A stretch of DNA of 64,000 nucleotides from Tubulanus polymorphus. Lineage: Eukaryota > Animalia > Nemertea. A model generated the notes under the pieces. That model was not told where the DNA came from. It saw only the letters and a list, made by a program, of their open reading frames with translations, and did no database searches. Positions within the stretch are counted from its first letter, which is position 1. The number at the start of each line of letters is the position of its first letter. The stretch is taken from contig NC_134033.1 in NCBI RefSeq assembly GCF_964204645.1, positions 4,240,231 to 4,304,230 of the forward strand. Direction: 5' to 3'. Below are positions 1 to 14,564 of this stretch, piece by piece. The position numbers and the translations under genes were made by a program.

Positions 1-3000
1 TCGACCTTAGTGTATTGCATTTTCTTAAACCGAGATTAGAGTGAAAACGTGTATCTATTTACACGTCTATAATTGCGAATCGTAACTAAAACGCTGCATC
101 TATAAAAGGCTACGCTGAGCCTGTTATCTGCTTTAGTAATGTTTGATTACTTGATAAACAGCAAGACATCATTGATTAACAAAATGATGTAATAATAGCC
201 TTTACTTGGGAATTTGACGCCAACGTCGGATGGCAACGGCGGATCTTGGCTCTGATTCAGTGAGGAATGCCCCCCCCCCCCCAAGAATAGGGCATATCGT
301 GATAAAAAGGGGACCCCGAAAAAAAACCAATAGACAAAAATTAACAGTTTTCTTTAGAAATACTTATGAATTTAAACTTCTTTTGGTATCAATATTTCTC
401 GTTTACTCGTAAATTTTCAGCGCAACTTGATAATAATGTCTAGAAGGGGACCCCCGGCCTGCACTCTCTCATTGGAATCACGCCTGGAGAGAGGGTTACA
501 GGGCGAGAGAGGTGATCAGTATATTTGAGAGTTTCTAATGAGCGTCTGTTATGATAACGGCTGAAGGTTTTAGGTCACACGTGGCCTGTGTTGACCACTA
601 GACTGGATAAACTAAAAATAGAAAATTCGCGCTTTGGAAAAGTTCGTTAGCTTTTAATTTTAAGTCTTCTAGTTACACCCACACGATTTCCGTCGAGAGT
701 TCGAGCACAAATATTACAATGAAGTGATTTCATCAAATACAAATTTAGTGACTCAAGGGAAGGCTCAAAACTTCTGGAATCAGTCCCACACGTGGTATCT
801 TATTTATCTAAACGTTTTGTTTATGTTAATCATATATTTGTAGCTTTGTAAACCAGGCCATTTCACGCCTTTTTGATAATGTTAGCTATTAGTAGTTACT
901 ATGTAGCACGTGTATCTTTGTGTGCACTAGCAAAGAACCCATCCCGGTGGAGGCCACTGGTGGCGGTATGATACTATCAGTGAGCCTAAAAATAAACGAC
1001 TGCGACTATGCCGTATAATGTTATAAGACATTGAAGCAGTGGTGATATGTTTTCCGTGTTTATCGCAGTTCCCGCATTTCTTTGGACTGACAAAATTGGC
1101 GTTGGATATATCAAACAGATAGCTATATGCAAAAAGTCGCTAAGATAAATCACGGACTCTAAAACGAATAAATACATTATCTCCACTAACATGAGGCAGA
1201 TGAAGCGGGTTCAGGTCACACGCGTATCTGCCGGCAAGCACACGATGGTTCGACCACACAACTTTTTGAAGCTCGATTTCTCAATTATTGTTGACCGGGT
1301 TGGCAAAATAAATAAAATTTGTGTCTTAATTTTTGTTCACACACACACACAACACCAGCTGAGCGTAGATGCAGCAGTGCATTGACCCATACATGGATGA
1401 ACAAGAAATCATAATCAAAAATATGATTGTCGATAAACGAAATCAGTCATCAAGTACTACGGATATCAATTTTAAAAGAGGAAATGAGTATCATTATATC
1501 AACTATGTGAGAGTCACTGAAGTTGATTCGATACGATTTTTATCAAAGGTTTAGTCTTTTTATTGTAGAAATATATTGCCTTCTCTTACCAGAAAGGAAG
1601 ACTATTAAAAATGCGCCAGATTGGCTAGATTTTTCTCTAGCCAATATAGAAGTATTTCTCTCGACTAGTCGAGACGAGAGTTGTGTCGAGGAAAATCGGG
1701 CGTAACAAAGTCGAGGAGTCGAGAGTAATCTAACCAATCAACATACAGCATAGTCGCGCGCATTTTGACACAACTTTGTTTATTTTTCTATCAGAAGTTG
1801 AGAAATCGAGAATTTGAGACAACTCAATTTCTCTTCAAAAAGTCGAGTGTGTGATGCTAGGTTTACACACACACACGTGTACATTCTAAACTGATCTACG
1901 TAATCAAATATGAAATTTTTCTGTTATTATCTAAATTGTGGATACTTTTCCAAAACTAAAAGAGATCATTTTTCGACTTTCTGGCATATTTTTCTAACCT
2001 TCCAATCATCTCAATGTAAATAAAGATAATTATTATTCTATATCAAACAAATGTTTGCCAGTATTACTGTGTCCGAATAAAGCGAGGTTCCCTTTTATAT
2101 AATGAGATCACATCGTCGAAAACTCAGGCGATTTTTAGATCTATTGAATATATTTCTAGATCTCGGTTATTGTCATTTTTCCCATTGTAGAATCTCTCAT
2201 TTCATGCTTATGTTACTAGATACAAAATCTTAAGGTAACTTACGAGAATCCTCTAATAACAATTCATTAAACGCCTTCACAAATTCTGATCTCGAGTTCA
2301 CTGTCCGCTTTAAACATTCGGGGAGGTTTTCGGTGATCAACTGGGACAGCTTGTAGCGCTTTGTGGTATTCGAAGTCGAAATCTGTGGAAAAAAGGTTGC
2401 GTTATAGAGCTCTGTTCACGTTCACTGTAAGAGAAGCGAAATTTGAACTTACATACCTTCACACATCCAATCGAGCCGGCTTGTTTTATGTCTTTTATAT
2501 GTACAGAGATATCGTTGTCATTAACCAACCATGCGTCGTTTCCGATGAAACGTAAACCCCACGGTCCTTCGACGTTTATATTGCGATCCATCGTCAGGTT
2601 CGTTTTATTTTCGGATACTGAAAAAATATAATAGTAGATATAAAAGGTTCATCCTCTGGAAATCCTATTTCAATGTCTTTGCTATCGGGAAAAACATTTG
2701 TATTTCATTTCATCGTTTTTGTTGAAGAAGAGCAGTTGTTAAAATACAATACATGGGTGTGTTTAGGAGTAGGCCTAGTGATGCTTTTAACAAGGGTTTA
2801 ACAACATAGCCAGGGGGGGGGGGGTTGTCCGTTCGAACGAACGCCCCTTTATAGAAAATGCCCTTAGTGATTTTGGTAATTTTTTTCAGCCAACTTGTTA
2901 CGAATTATTACACGCTTTATTACACTTGTTTGAGGTCAATTGATCATCGCTTTTGCGCATCAATCGAAACACTACTGCCTGAGCTATCGAATATGTAAAA

Positions 3001-5029
3001 GGGTTCAGAGGCACCACTTGAGATGTTCAGTGTAGGCCACATCCTACCAGCGACTCAGCAACAGATTCAAATTCACCACCTGTTGCAAAAATATACGCGG
3101 GAAAAAACCCAAGACGAATGTAGTTAGCAAACATTTTGATTTGAACTATTGAACATCCAGAGTCACTTCTATTAGCGGTGAATAAATGTCATTCTAACAT
3201 TTCAAATGGTTATACTGAAATGCATTTTTTTTTTTTATTGTTTGTGGAATAACTACAGAATTCTGTTTTTAAGCACACGATGCTCGCTTTCCTGGGATAC
3301 AAAACATGCAGAAGTGCCCTTTTTATAATTCAAACAACGCCCATTTCAAAATCCGGGCTACGGGTTTGAAGAAGGCACGATATTGATAACCCATTTACAC
3401 GGACTTGGTCATTCAAAAGTCTGTTAGACTTATATCAGTATCGATACTAAAACCCGTTAATTATAACTAAGTATAGATAAAATCTTACCTTCGAATAGAA
3501 GAATAAGTAAATTCTGCTGCTCAGCTCCAAACGGATATGCTCACTCGATAAAACCTATCGTGCGAATGATTCTGATAACGCGTTGACCTACAACGACTGC
3601 ACAAACTGACAGCAGGATGCACTGTTTTCGCTCAGCATCTGCTACCATCCGCCGCAGTTCGGTAGCTTTGTATATTTTCTGTTCTTGACCTTTTCTCACA
3701 TATGCGTGTTTGGACCGCAAATCTTGGTGTTGGACATTCCAATGTAAAACGTTTCTTCGCGCATAAGCGGTAAAAGCGATAAATTGTTTCCAGATTACGC
3801 ATATCATATAGGCCTCTGAGTTTAATCAAAAGCTTTTACACAATGTCCAGTCACGTATAGAAGAGCAAATTAAAGTACATCTCATAGTTTTAGTTCTCAA
3901 ATGCAGGCGCGGATCCAGACTATCGCACATGCAGCACGTGCGGTAGTTGCAGTTTTCAAATGCCCTTGAAAAATTTATGTTTCGAGGAAAAAGTTTAATA
4001 AAAGGGCACACAATTTGTGCGCCATAATAAGTAATTGCCTTTCTGTACTAGGCCTAAAGCAAAATGTGAATGAAATTGCCCAAATCAAAAAAGGCAATTT
4101 AAGGCATTTTCCTTTACTCAAAAGGGCACTATTACAAAATAGACATTATTGTTGCTCTATAAATTTAATTGAAAAAGGGTAAATTTCACCAAAAATCTAA
4201 AAAAGGCACAAGCAAATTGAATGTTAAGACAGATTTAGTGGCATGATACCAATAAATGGCACTCAAACTCAAACTCGCTCGTTGGGCTTTAATACTGGCC
4301 CTTTTCAAAGTTGGTGCCCTTTTTTCACTGTGCAGTAAGTCGTCACTGAATGCCCTTGGATCCAGGCCTGAAATGGACAGTCACAAAGATTTAAATCATC
4401 TTTCGCTTTTGGGGCTAGATTTCTTTTAGTCACAGGAAACACAAATTATATATTGGTGGTATCTGATGGATCCTGAACGTTTCTCAAATGAACAGCGCAC
4501 GTTTTGAATTTCAGATAAACTGTTAAAACGAACTCACTTTGTCAATGCAAATATCTTTGTGGCCAAAATGAAACTCACTGACGTGTATTTTCAATATTGT
4601 TTGTCCACCCCCCGTCCTTCACGTCATGTTCGTTAAGGCCGAGCGAGCTTCGCCCTTCGTCAGTTTAACATTAACATTTTTATGAACCCCCTCCAGGAAA
4701 AACCATGGCTCCGCGCCTGTGTCTGTCTGTATAAACGCGGTCAGAGTATGCTTACGCCATTTGAATCCATGCATACAATGAGAAATATGAATATAACAAT
4801 TTTAATAAAAGCTGCATGATATTTATATACTTAGGTGAACTCCACAATTTTTAGATATCCGAAACATTGCCCCCCAGTTCCAATCCTCACTGCCCAAGTC
4901 TATTGCCTAACCAATGTGACGATATTATCAGCAGGCCTAGGGTTGGCTGGATTTGAAAGAGCCCCCCCCCCCACTCTCGTCAGCAAAAGTTCCACTCTGG
5001 ACTCAATCGAAAATAAAACATGTCGGGAT

Positions 5030-5439
5030 CAGGGGTGGATCTAGGACTTTTGTAGGGGTGGAGTCCGGGAAAGTAAAAAGGAACCATATTAAATGTTACT
5101 GTAATGACGATGCAACACGCACAACGACATTACATAGACATCCGACCGTTAGGGGCTACTCGACTATAGAAACGTTTTGAAAATTTGTGAAGAATGTGGT
5201 AAGATTTCCACGAAGTTGAACAATGAAATCCATGATAATAATCGTAACATACACAACACCACGACCACAATCACAATACCATCGTATATTCATCATTTTG
5301 CACTTCTGTTTGTGTTCTAATTCACCTTAATTTAAAAATGGTCACTTAGGATTTCTTGGAGTAGACGTTTGTAGGGACCTTCCAATTTATGGAGGGGGGA
5401 TACGGACCCCCTCGGACCTCTCTCAATCCGCCCGGCCTG
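5030..5439. mobile_element. Degenerate CAGGG-type MITE
   Basis: Starts CAGGGGTGGATCTAGG and ends AATCCGCCCGGCCTG. Flanks GGGAT / AGGAT give a 4/5 match to a 5-bp TSD. Confidence 0.55.
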
Positions 5440-5735
5440 AGGATCACCGCCATAAATCTTTATCATCGACAAGGCTGATTTTATTTCTTTAATCTTTAGT
5501 ATCGTGCATCTCTCTGGTTATATTACGGTTGTTTTTTGTGCGCAACTATATTCATAACTCTGAAAATTTGAGAAGAATGTGGTAAGATTTCCACGAAGTT
5601 GAACAATGAAATCCATGATAATAATCGTAACATACACAACACCACGACCACAATCACAATACCATCGTATATTCATCATTTTGCACTTCTGTTTGTGTTC
5701 TAATTCACCTTAATTTAAAAATGGTCACTTAGGAT
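5178..5735 (+). repeat. 175-bp near-perfect direct repeat (5178-5352 and 5561-5735)
   Basis: TGAAAATTTG...GGTCACTTAGGAT occurs twice, with one mismatch seen. Confidence 0.92.
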
Positions 5736-5956
5736 GGGGAATCACAAAACCTATCTTCAGAGCATGGACATTCAAACATTCTCTGGAGTAGTCAAAACTG
5801 TTTCAAAAGTTTAGGACAAAATTAATTCATTCAGATTTCATTTCATTCCGTCACTTATGCAACACTCCAACTTGATATAATCGAAAATATGAAATGAAGG
5901 AGACATGCGCCGTAGCCGTTGTTATGTAACTTTAATCAATATTTTGGTCAGATTAA

Positions 5957-7393
5957 AGGGTAACTGACACTTTTTAAAAGATTTTCTACTTTTTACACTA
6001 AACGATATATTATAGTATACAATAAGGCTAGGTGATTTCATAATTGGACAAATCTTTTCAATCTAGTCAGAATTGATGATTTTGATGTTCGCGCACCTGT
6101 TCAGTGTATACATTGCTTCTGCTGAACGCGTGGTACTGTGTCTATTAATAGAACTACGTCACTAAAGTAACGGCTCGGAAATGATGTCTATAGAAATGAA
6201 TAGGAAATAAGCTACAAGAGCAATTCAACTTAATTTTATACCTATTTGGCATTCGAATTGAGACAAAATGCCTCTTGATTTTGAAAGTCTACATATTAAT
6301 GATTATACTTAACTGTTGAATGGACCATATCCGTTCCAACTAAGCGCAAAAATAGGATTTGAATAGCAATCCATGGCATTTTCTAGTAGACAGCAGGGAA
6401 CACGGATGTTTATATCATCGTTTTGTAATATCATTTAGTGATAGTAAGTAAGATCATGGTTAGATCTAAGAATATTTTGACTAATGAACTGATGATGAAA
6501 CTTAGACAGAATTAGCCGCAAGAATAATTTCAATTCTTTTCTTGAAATATACCTCGTATTGGTAGCGGCTTTGGTCACAAAATAAGAATATTTCCTCATC
6601 CATCCTATTTTAAAACTTAGAAATAACATTTGTGAAAGATTTGTGATGTAATCTATCAAAACTCTTCTGCAGCGTGAAACTTTAATCGAAAAACATTATT
6701 CCTTTGAATATTTGTTGTAAAGCTGTAGAAATTTATGAAAGTTTTTGTAGAGTTTTGAAGTGTTAGTTTTAAAACTAGGCCTACTTAGTCTTAAATGACT
6801 TTGAAAAATAGTAAACGAATATGAATCTATTTATTCTTTAGCGAGATCGAAATCTGTGATTACATAAGACACTGTAGTATGCTTGTGGTGCTGAACTATA
6901 GGTGAACTATGGAGCAGCAGTAACAGTGCTGAGAGCTTAGCATAGTGTACTTTAAAATAGCTTCATAGCAGCGGATTGAAATCTGCATCTTCAATTTGAT
7001 CGATTTAGCCTATTCAAATTACTCATTGATTCTTTGAAATAGGTTTATGCAATAGACAATAGATCCTTTTAACTCCCTGGCCAGTTTCAAAGCTGTAAAA
7101 CAATCTGGCATTGAGATATAACAGAAAATACACGCAGTTTCCTCAAAATTCAACACATTTCTATAGACGCTATTTCTCAGCTCTGCCTGTAATGACGTTG
7201 CAGCGCGCACCTGCTGATTTAGCCGACGCTGAACAGTAAGCGATGTAAACAACGAAATGAGGTCAAAAATCTTGTTACAAAATCACAAATTGCGCGTTAA
7301 CTAAACATTTTGGAACAGAACGGTTGAAGATGTGTGTGTAGATCAATAGAATACATCATATTTTGAAATAAAAAAAAAAGTGTCAGTTACCCT
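5957..7393. mobile_element. Non-autonomous TTAA-targeting DNA transposon (Kolobok-like)
   Basis: Perfect 19-bp TIR AGGGTAACTGACACTTTTT / AAAAAGTGTCAGTTACCCT, flanked by TTAA at 5953-5956 and 7394-7397. No long ORF. Confidence 0.85.
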
Positions 7394-7659
7394 TTAAACA
7401 CGTGGAAATAGAATCTAATACTGCCTTCGGGTCACTTGCACAACACTTGCTCCAAAAACATAGCCATGCGCTCTCCTTATGTGCTTACTTCATCGGCCTT
7501 CAAGGTTTTGAGTTCTTTTCCATTGAATAAATTAGCTTGAACTTCAACTAGTCGAGTTCAAAGACAGTCTTTTTTTAAAAAAAAGATGCACGCTATAAAC
7601 CTATGGCGTGTGGTCTATAGAAAAGTCGTTATCTTCAGAAGGCGGACTCGACAAACGTA

Positions 7660-9660
7660 ACCGGGTGTTTGGATTTCTCCGAATCACCAAATCGCCGAAT
7701 TCAGTTGAAATTCAGTAGGATACATTGATTAATGCAATTTATTAACATTTTTACCGCTATAGTGAAACAAACCTGTTACTAAATGCGTTTAAAAAGCACG
7801 TTGGGGAATTCATCGTTCACGGTTTAGAAATGTTATTCGTGTTACCTGTTAGGAATAATATTTCATACCCAATGTATAAATATAAGTGTGGCCATGCGAC
7901 GGTCAATGATGGCACAAAACTGTATCAAATATAAAGTCCAACGGGGCCTGGCGCAGATCTAGTTTTAGAATACGAATCATCCTTCTATCTAAATAGCAAA
8001 TTTATATTTTGTATTTATTTATTTTAACCGGCTTCAAAACTAACATAAGCATTACTGTGTTATCTAACGAACCGTACATTTGACTAAATATATATGAATG
8101 ATTTAAAGATAGATACTGATTTTTCCCGTATCGACATTTTGAATAGACGCAAACATTTGAACATACATGTAAGCTGTTCAAAACTGCATAACCGCAAATT
8201 TGGCTTTTTGCCTCATAATCAACTGTTTTATCTAGATCTATTTGGACCTTGAATTATATCCGTTTATGTTTATCTCATTTATCGTTAACATAAAAGGATG
8301 GTTTCTTATTATCTGGTGTTAAGTATAAACAAGGACTTCAAACTAGTTTTTCAAATGATATCTAAAGTCTATCATTTTCGGAGTGATGATTGGTCCTCAT
8401 TTTTTAGAATAGCGTTCTCTGTCCGAGGCCAATCTCATTTATAAACTACAGTTAATGGCGGATTTGAAAAATGTTACTTGATTTTCAATCCGCTCAAAGG
8501 TGACTAGATCAATCGCATGCATCGTAGATATATGCTAATGTCATACACCGATAAACCGATGATCGAATGAATAATGAATAATAGTCAGAGTGTATTCATG
8601 TCAATCTTACAACTCTTCTTCAATTAATTGTGTGGCAGATATTACATCAATTTGTGCGTGCAGGATCTGGTTCCTTCAGGAACTTTCAATTTATTGAATC
8701 AAATTCTCAAAAGTAATATATAATCTCGAACTGGATGGAACTGGTGTCACGGTGTATCTTCAGCAGCTCTGAATTTCAATTTGAAAAAATTTAAGATTCT
8801 TTTATAACAATCCCGATCAGAAAATGATTCTAAATCCCGGCAAGAAAAAAGGGCAGCATTCAATTATGAAATGCGAGTTCGACAGTTTATTGATTCGTTG
8901 ATGAAAACTTTTTAGTGGAGTTCTAGTTATGCCTTTTTTGTTTTTGAATGTCATTTGGTTTCTTTCTCAGTAATAATCAACATTGTTCGCGTAGGTTTGA
9001 GATGGCTGAGACCTGTCAAATGAAGCAACACGTGTGTATGTGTACTTTAGTCTCGCCTGTAGTTTTCACAGGGATTAGTCAGACCATATGACCCGTTACT
9101 ACGTTGTATAGCTGACCTGATAACTAAATCTGTTTTCGTAAAAGTTCCCTGGGTTGCTGGGATGATGGGAATAGTTCGTATGCGTGCACAGGTTTCCGAG
9201 GCTCGTACAGGCAGGGTTGTTTAGTTTGAACTTCGCCGAATTACCAGATCGTCGAATCACCGATTTCATTTGAAATTCAATTAAATACACTGATTAATTA
9301 AATTCATTGACGGGACATTTTTACCGGTAAAATGAAGTTATTTCTCAGTGCGTTTTAAAGCACTTGGTGAATTCATCGTTCGCGGCATAAAATTTTAATA
9401 TTTTATATCCATATGTATAAATATTAGTGTGCCCATGCGAGGGGATACAACAATGTAGCAAGTCCAGCCGGGAGAATCTTCCTTAGGATAATTTAGTCTT
9501 TTAGATCAAGAAATTCCTTAGTTTGGGCTAAACTACCACTATTGCAGCAATACAACAAATCTATCATTATGCCGTTTTATCTAGTTTTGATAGTATGCCG
9601 TATCTAGTTTTGATAGTCGGATCGTCCTTATCTCAATAGAAAACTTCATTTTGCATTTAT
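7660..9660 (+). repeat. Diverged dispersed direct repeat (~7660-8020 and ~9210-9660)
   Basis: Colinear shared blocks TCGCCGAATT, TTGAAATTCA, ACATTTTTACCG, GAATTCATCGTTC, TGTATAAATAT.AGTGTG.CCATGCGA and ATCTAGTTTT. Confidence 0.7.
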
Positions 9661-12600
9661 TTGTCTACTAATTGATTGAATAATTAAAATGCCTTGATCG
9701 AATTTGGTGAGTCAGAAAAGCGATCAGGAAGCGTCTACCACAGTTTCGGCAGAAAAAAAAACAGTTTTCGTATTCCTTTGATAACATTTTGAACATTAAC
9801 ACTGTACTCGTAATTACAATTTACTGATACTCTATGTATATTTTGGTGGAAATTGTTCGAACGGATTTTAACTTAAAATGCGTATTACTTAATTGCTTTG
9901 TTCTTTTGATGAAATATTTATGATAGGGCCGAGCTTAAATGACACAGAAATTTCCTGTTTGTAGCAATTGCATTAATCACTTGAATATCTTGTCTGACGC
10001 ACAGCCGTATTAGAAATAGATCAAAAACAAAATACGTTAATCATCGAGTCCCGTATTTGCTAATTTGGAATATGTATCAGCTATAACGTTTCAGCTGCAC
10101 CGCTCACCGCTTAAAATGGCCTGCTATCGCCCATGAATTGACGACGGGCTTTTGAATCAGATCATGGACATTAACTAATTTATACGTCTACGATCAGATT
10201 GACCTCGTACAGTCAAAGATATTTCATCATTCTTCTAACTACACCATATGAAAGTCTGGGGGATGTTTGCAGTTTGGATAAAATAAGATGTTTGATTCCT
10301 TATCAAAAAGTTCTTGAAAACAGATTCAGAGCGCGTACGAAATGTGTCAAACTTAAGTGGATAAACCGTAAACGATGTACAAATAATTATATGTATCGTT
10401 AACATCATCGAGGAAAGGAATTGTTCCATCTTAGATTAATCGGACTGAATCAGTCTGATTACTCCGAGGTTCCATCAATTTGAATTCACTGGTGAATACT
10501 ATAGAGTGACTGACGTATTTAGTATAACAAACCTATTCCAATTTGGATAGGGCTCACATCCACAGGAACCCGCGAGTAAGATTTTTATGGTTGTATAACT
10601 TGCCCCTTCTAAGTATCTGAGAAGTTACACTTGCTAGAAAAGGTCTTGCCAACCTCCAAAAAGTAGTCACATGGAAGGTCTCGACTACAGATATGGCCGC
10701 GGGACTAAGGGTCGGATTCTGCTCGCGGGGGTCTATGGTCCAATTTTAAGCATTGCATATTTAGATTAGACCCCCCTCTATCTGTCTGTGAGGTTTCAGG
10801 GCCCTGTCCGTAATATATGATCGCTTTTAGTACAGTTTTATCGCATACAATTTTTTGGATCGTTATATTAAGTCCACAATGAAACGTTTTGCCTCCATCA
10901 CTAGAATTCACGGAGCGCTAATTATAAAGATAATATCTAATAGCGAAAGTAAGCAGTTTTTTTTGCTTTTGAGTACATATCGTCAAATTTAAAATGTGTG
11001 TATGATTTAGTAATTTGTTACATATTATTACTTTCATGAATATAGATTGAATATGAACGATATAACAGTAACAGTAATTATTCCTTTATGCCTCAGTGAT
11101 CATATGTAAACGGAAGAATTGTCTTATAGAGTTGATTGAGAGAGATGTGATAATGTCCATTATGTGTGCATTTTAGACAAAAAGTACAATATCCAGTTCG
11201 CGTTTTTCCACAGCTAGAATTCATTTTCCTAAGACTTGTCTAAACCATATAGTTAAATCGAATCCCATCTCGTCTAAACTTATTCATCACTAACAAAGGC
11301 TCTCCACAACTACAACATTGGTTTGATAAACTCAGCGAAATATAAACTGAAGCATTATAAGGAGTCCACATACTTCGGTATCAAAATGTGTTTTTGATCA
11401 AGGTTAAATAAAGTGTGGTCGTATTCTTTATTTCTCAGATCGGAACAGGCCCGACAAAAACTAATTCTAAAACAGTAGTATTCACTATTTGAAAAAAATG
11501 TCTCAGTGTTTTGATCTAAATATGATTTGCTGTAGTAACGCACGTTCAGAAAATCTCAACACCGTCAATGCAGTAATTCTAAGCACTTTGAATTCTTGTG
11601 TCGGTATTTTCTTACACAGTTGCTTGCGTATCAAATTGTATCTCAGTCCATGTTTCGATATTATAGAAACCTCATAGGCCTAAGAAAAAAGGAATTCTTT
11701 ATTTCTTGACACTTTGATAGGTAATGGAATGTCAGTGGCAAAATCTGGACTTCGAATGGGCTTAATTCCTATATCCAGAGATTCCAAGTTCCACCTGTTT
11801 TACATAAAATGTATGAGCATGGATGTATAATCCAGGTCAGTGATACGATACGCCTACGGGTGGTGATGAGTTATATCGGTACATATACTTAGTGTAAATG
11901 CGCGGGCTGTTTTGAATTCGCAGTGAGTTGTATGGAGATCGTGAACGAAGGGAGATTGGATTCGAGCGGCCGTATCATTTAGTTTCTCCAGATCGGGATT
12001 AAGGATCGATACGAATTTAATACTTATAGTTTGAGGTGAGTAACTTTTTCACTTATTACGTGTATGTTTTAAGCAAGAATATTTCCTCTATCGAAGAGAG
12101 GCGACAAATGAGTAGCTACACACATAGGCAAAGGGCAAGTGGGATTTCTGTTTTAATAGGAACGTAAGCATACCCGACCGTTCAACATACGACACTTTTT
12201 GATGACCTAATGCATAAACTTGCATTTTTAAGGCAAAACACGGAAATTAAACTGATATTTCAAAAATATTTAAATTTCAAAACTACTTTACGCTTTTACG
12301 CTTTTAAGACTTTAAAAGACTTTACCGCTTTCCAACAATTAAATGCTAGATACTTATAGACAAAAGGGTATCTAATTTTGTGTCAGTTTGGGGTTGGTAT
12401 TACAAATCAGGCGCAGTGGAACATTCATTATGATTAGCGGAAGGTTTTGAGATAAGCAGTGGGTACTATAGGTTTTATTTGACCCGATTATTACTATGTT
12501 GCGTGTACTTCTCTCCTGGGTTTCTACGAGATGTTAAATTTTGCGCCCGGGATAGGATGTTTACACATTTCAGTAATACATTTGAATAAATAAAAATATC

Positions 12601-13914
12601 CAGACTGACATAAATCATTGATATACGATTGATCAACATTTGTATGAGTCAGCCGTAAAAAGGAACAAATGCTCAGCAAAGACGGCACCAGTGATATTAG
12701 TATATGCGTTATAAAAATAATCTTTATTTCACGAATCATTTAAATCATTTTACGTGAAAAAATTGTTTGTCGAAAGATAAAAGGCAGCAGTGGAAGAGCC
12801 ATAGCCGTCCGCAGGCAGTATTGAATAGGGTCTAGAAACATTTAAACCACCACTATAAGTGTTGCTTAGCTTCCTTGATGATTTCACAGATCTGGGAAAA
12901 TCAAAATAGGAAAATCAATCCCATTAGTTAGCTGTTCCTAGATTTGAATGACATGTATTAGGTTTTTAATCTCTCGATGAAAATACATGTGTAATTGGAA
13001 AGATATTTCGTGAACTTCCAGATTAAAATCATACAGGTTAATTCGTGTACTGAAATCCTTATATATAGCGTTTTAAAAATTGTTTTGACTGTTCTTGAAA
13101 GTTGATGAGAAAACACAAAAATACGACTTGGGGAACTAGCTGTGTCTAAATGGATACAAGATATCAAAATGTTTTAGTAATTTAATTGAATAGCTCAATG
13201 TGAATCCTAGCTTTTGTAACTTTTTGAGCCAACAGTTATCAAATAAGGGTTTTTAGTTTAGATTCAGATTGAATGAATAATATTAGATGATACGCTAGGA
13301 CATTAGACTAGGGGAACTAGGATTATAAAGCAAATAAGAATTAGAAAATGTGTAGTTGGGATATCTAGGGACGGCAGTGTATATAGTATAGTGAATGGAT
13401 TATCATTATTAGACAACTCTTGAATATATGGCCTCAAGCCCGGGGAGAGTGCTCGTCAGTGTGAACATCTAAGACTGTTTGGATAACTATTCAGTTTACA
13501 ATTTGTACATTAGCAAAACAATTGCTCTGACTTTGGGTCTGACACATTGACAATAAATCCTCTCAACCTCTTGACACTAAGAAGTTTGGATACAAATTTG
13601 AGAATGTTCACTCGGGGAGCACATCGAACCCTCCAATCGTAGACATTTTTAGGAACTAATTCAACGAATAGTTGCATAATTTGGAATAATGAATTTGATA
13701 AAATGCAATATTGAACGGAGATCAGGGTCACAGCTACTACGGGTCAGTCACTGGAAGATTGAGCAAGAGTAAATAAAAGAACATATAACAGAACGCGAAC
13801 TTAAGCTTGGATTTATTTTTGTAGAGCGGGAATTGAACTATGTAAGTCATTGTTTACATGTGCTAGAATTGTTCTGCTCTATACACAGTTCAATTCTTTC
13901 AAAGGTTGTGTCAT

Positions 13915-14190
13915 AGATGAAAAGTGGCTTTAAGTGTGTAGAGATCATTTATTTTGAGAAGTTTAAGCTGTTTGAAGCGTGGTTCAGAGTGGGCAGTGAA
14001 GTTAGGCTTGGTAATAATTCGGTTAGTTGTTTTAAGTGTAATATATTTTTTGTGTTTATGGTGAGTGACCCCATGATAATAAACCATAGTTTATATGAGG
14101 AAGGACAAGTGCATCGATCGAGGATGAGTTGATTTTGGTTTAGAATTTGACTGCATTTATAGATGATACCCAGGCCTTGTGAAATTATTT
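13915..14190 (-). mobile_element. Degenerate 3' fragment of an L2/Crack (CR1-group) LINE ORF2
   Basis: Minus-strand translation across frameshifts gives ISQGLGIIYKCSQIL..ALVLPHINYGLLSWG..RIITKPNFTAHSEPRFKQLKLLKINDLY, typical of the post-RT C-terminus of these LINEs. Confidence 0.7.
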
Positions 14191-14564
14191 TGTGATCTTT
14201 TCGGTCATATCCACCGATACGCGCGCACCAAAGTCAGTTGCTAAAAGTTTGATATACGCTAGATTTAAGGGATGATATAGTAACGGACTGCGAGAGGGGT
14301 CAACGAGCCTGCAACCTTCTCTACAAATAATTCATTTCACACGTTTTTCCATCATTTCCTTTCTTTAAAAAGCAGAAATATGACGGTGGAAATATGAAGC
14401 TCCAATACACGAAAATGCAAGAATATGCGATTTTTGTTCGTCGGCATCAAATACTTTAGGGCCTATGTATGAGAATTCACTAAACAGGATGAAAATATAT
14501 TTAATTCAGTTTTTGAAGTATATTAGCATTTTGTCGTTCATTTGTCTTAATTTCTATTTTACAG

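Noticed and set aside
1600-1850. TCGAG/CCAAT-rich, loosely palindromic segment
   Set aside because: Probably a MITE relic, but no clear TIR or TSD could be defined.
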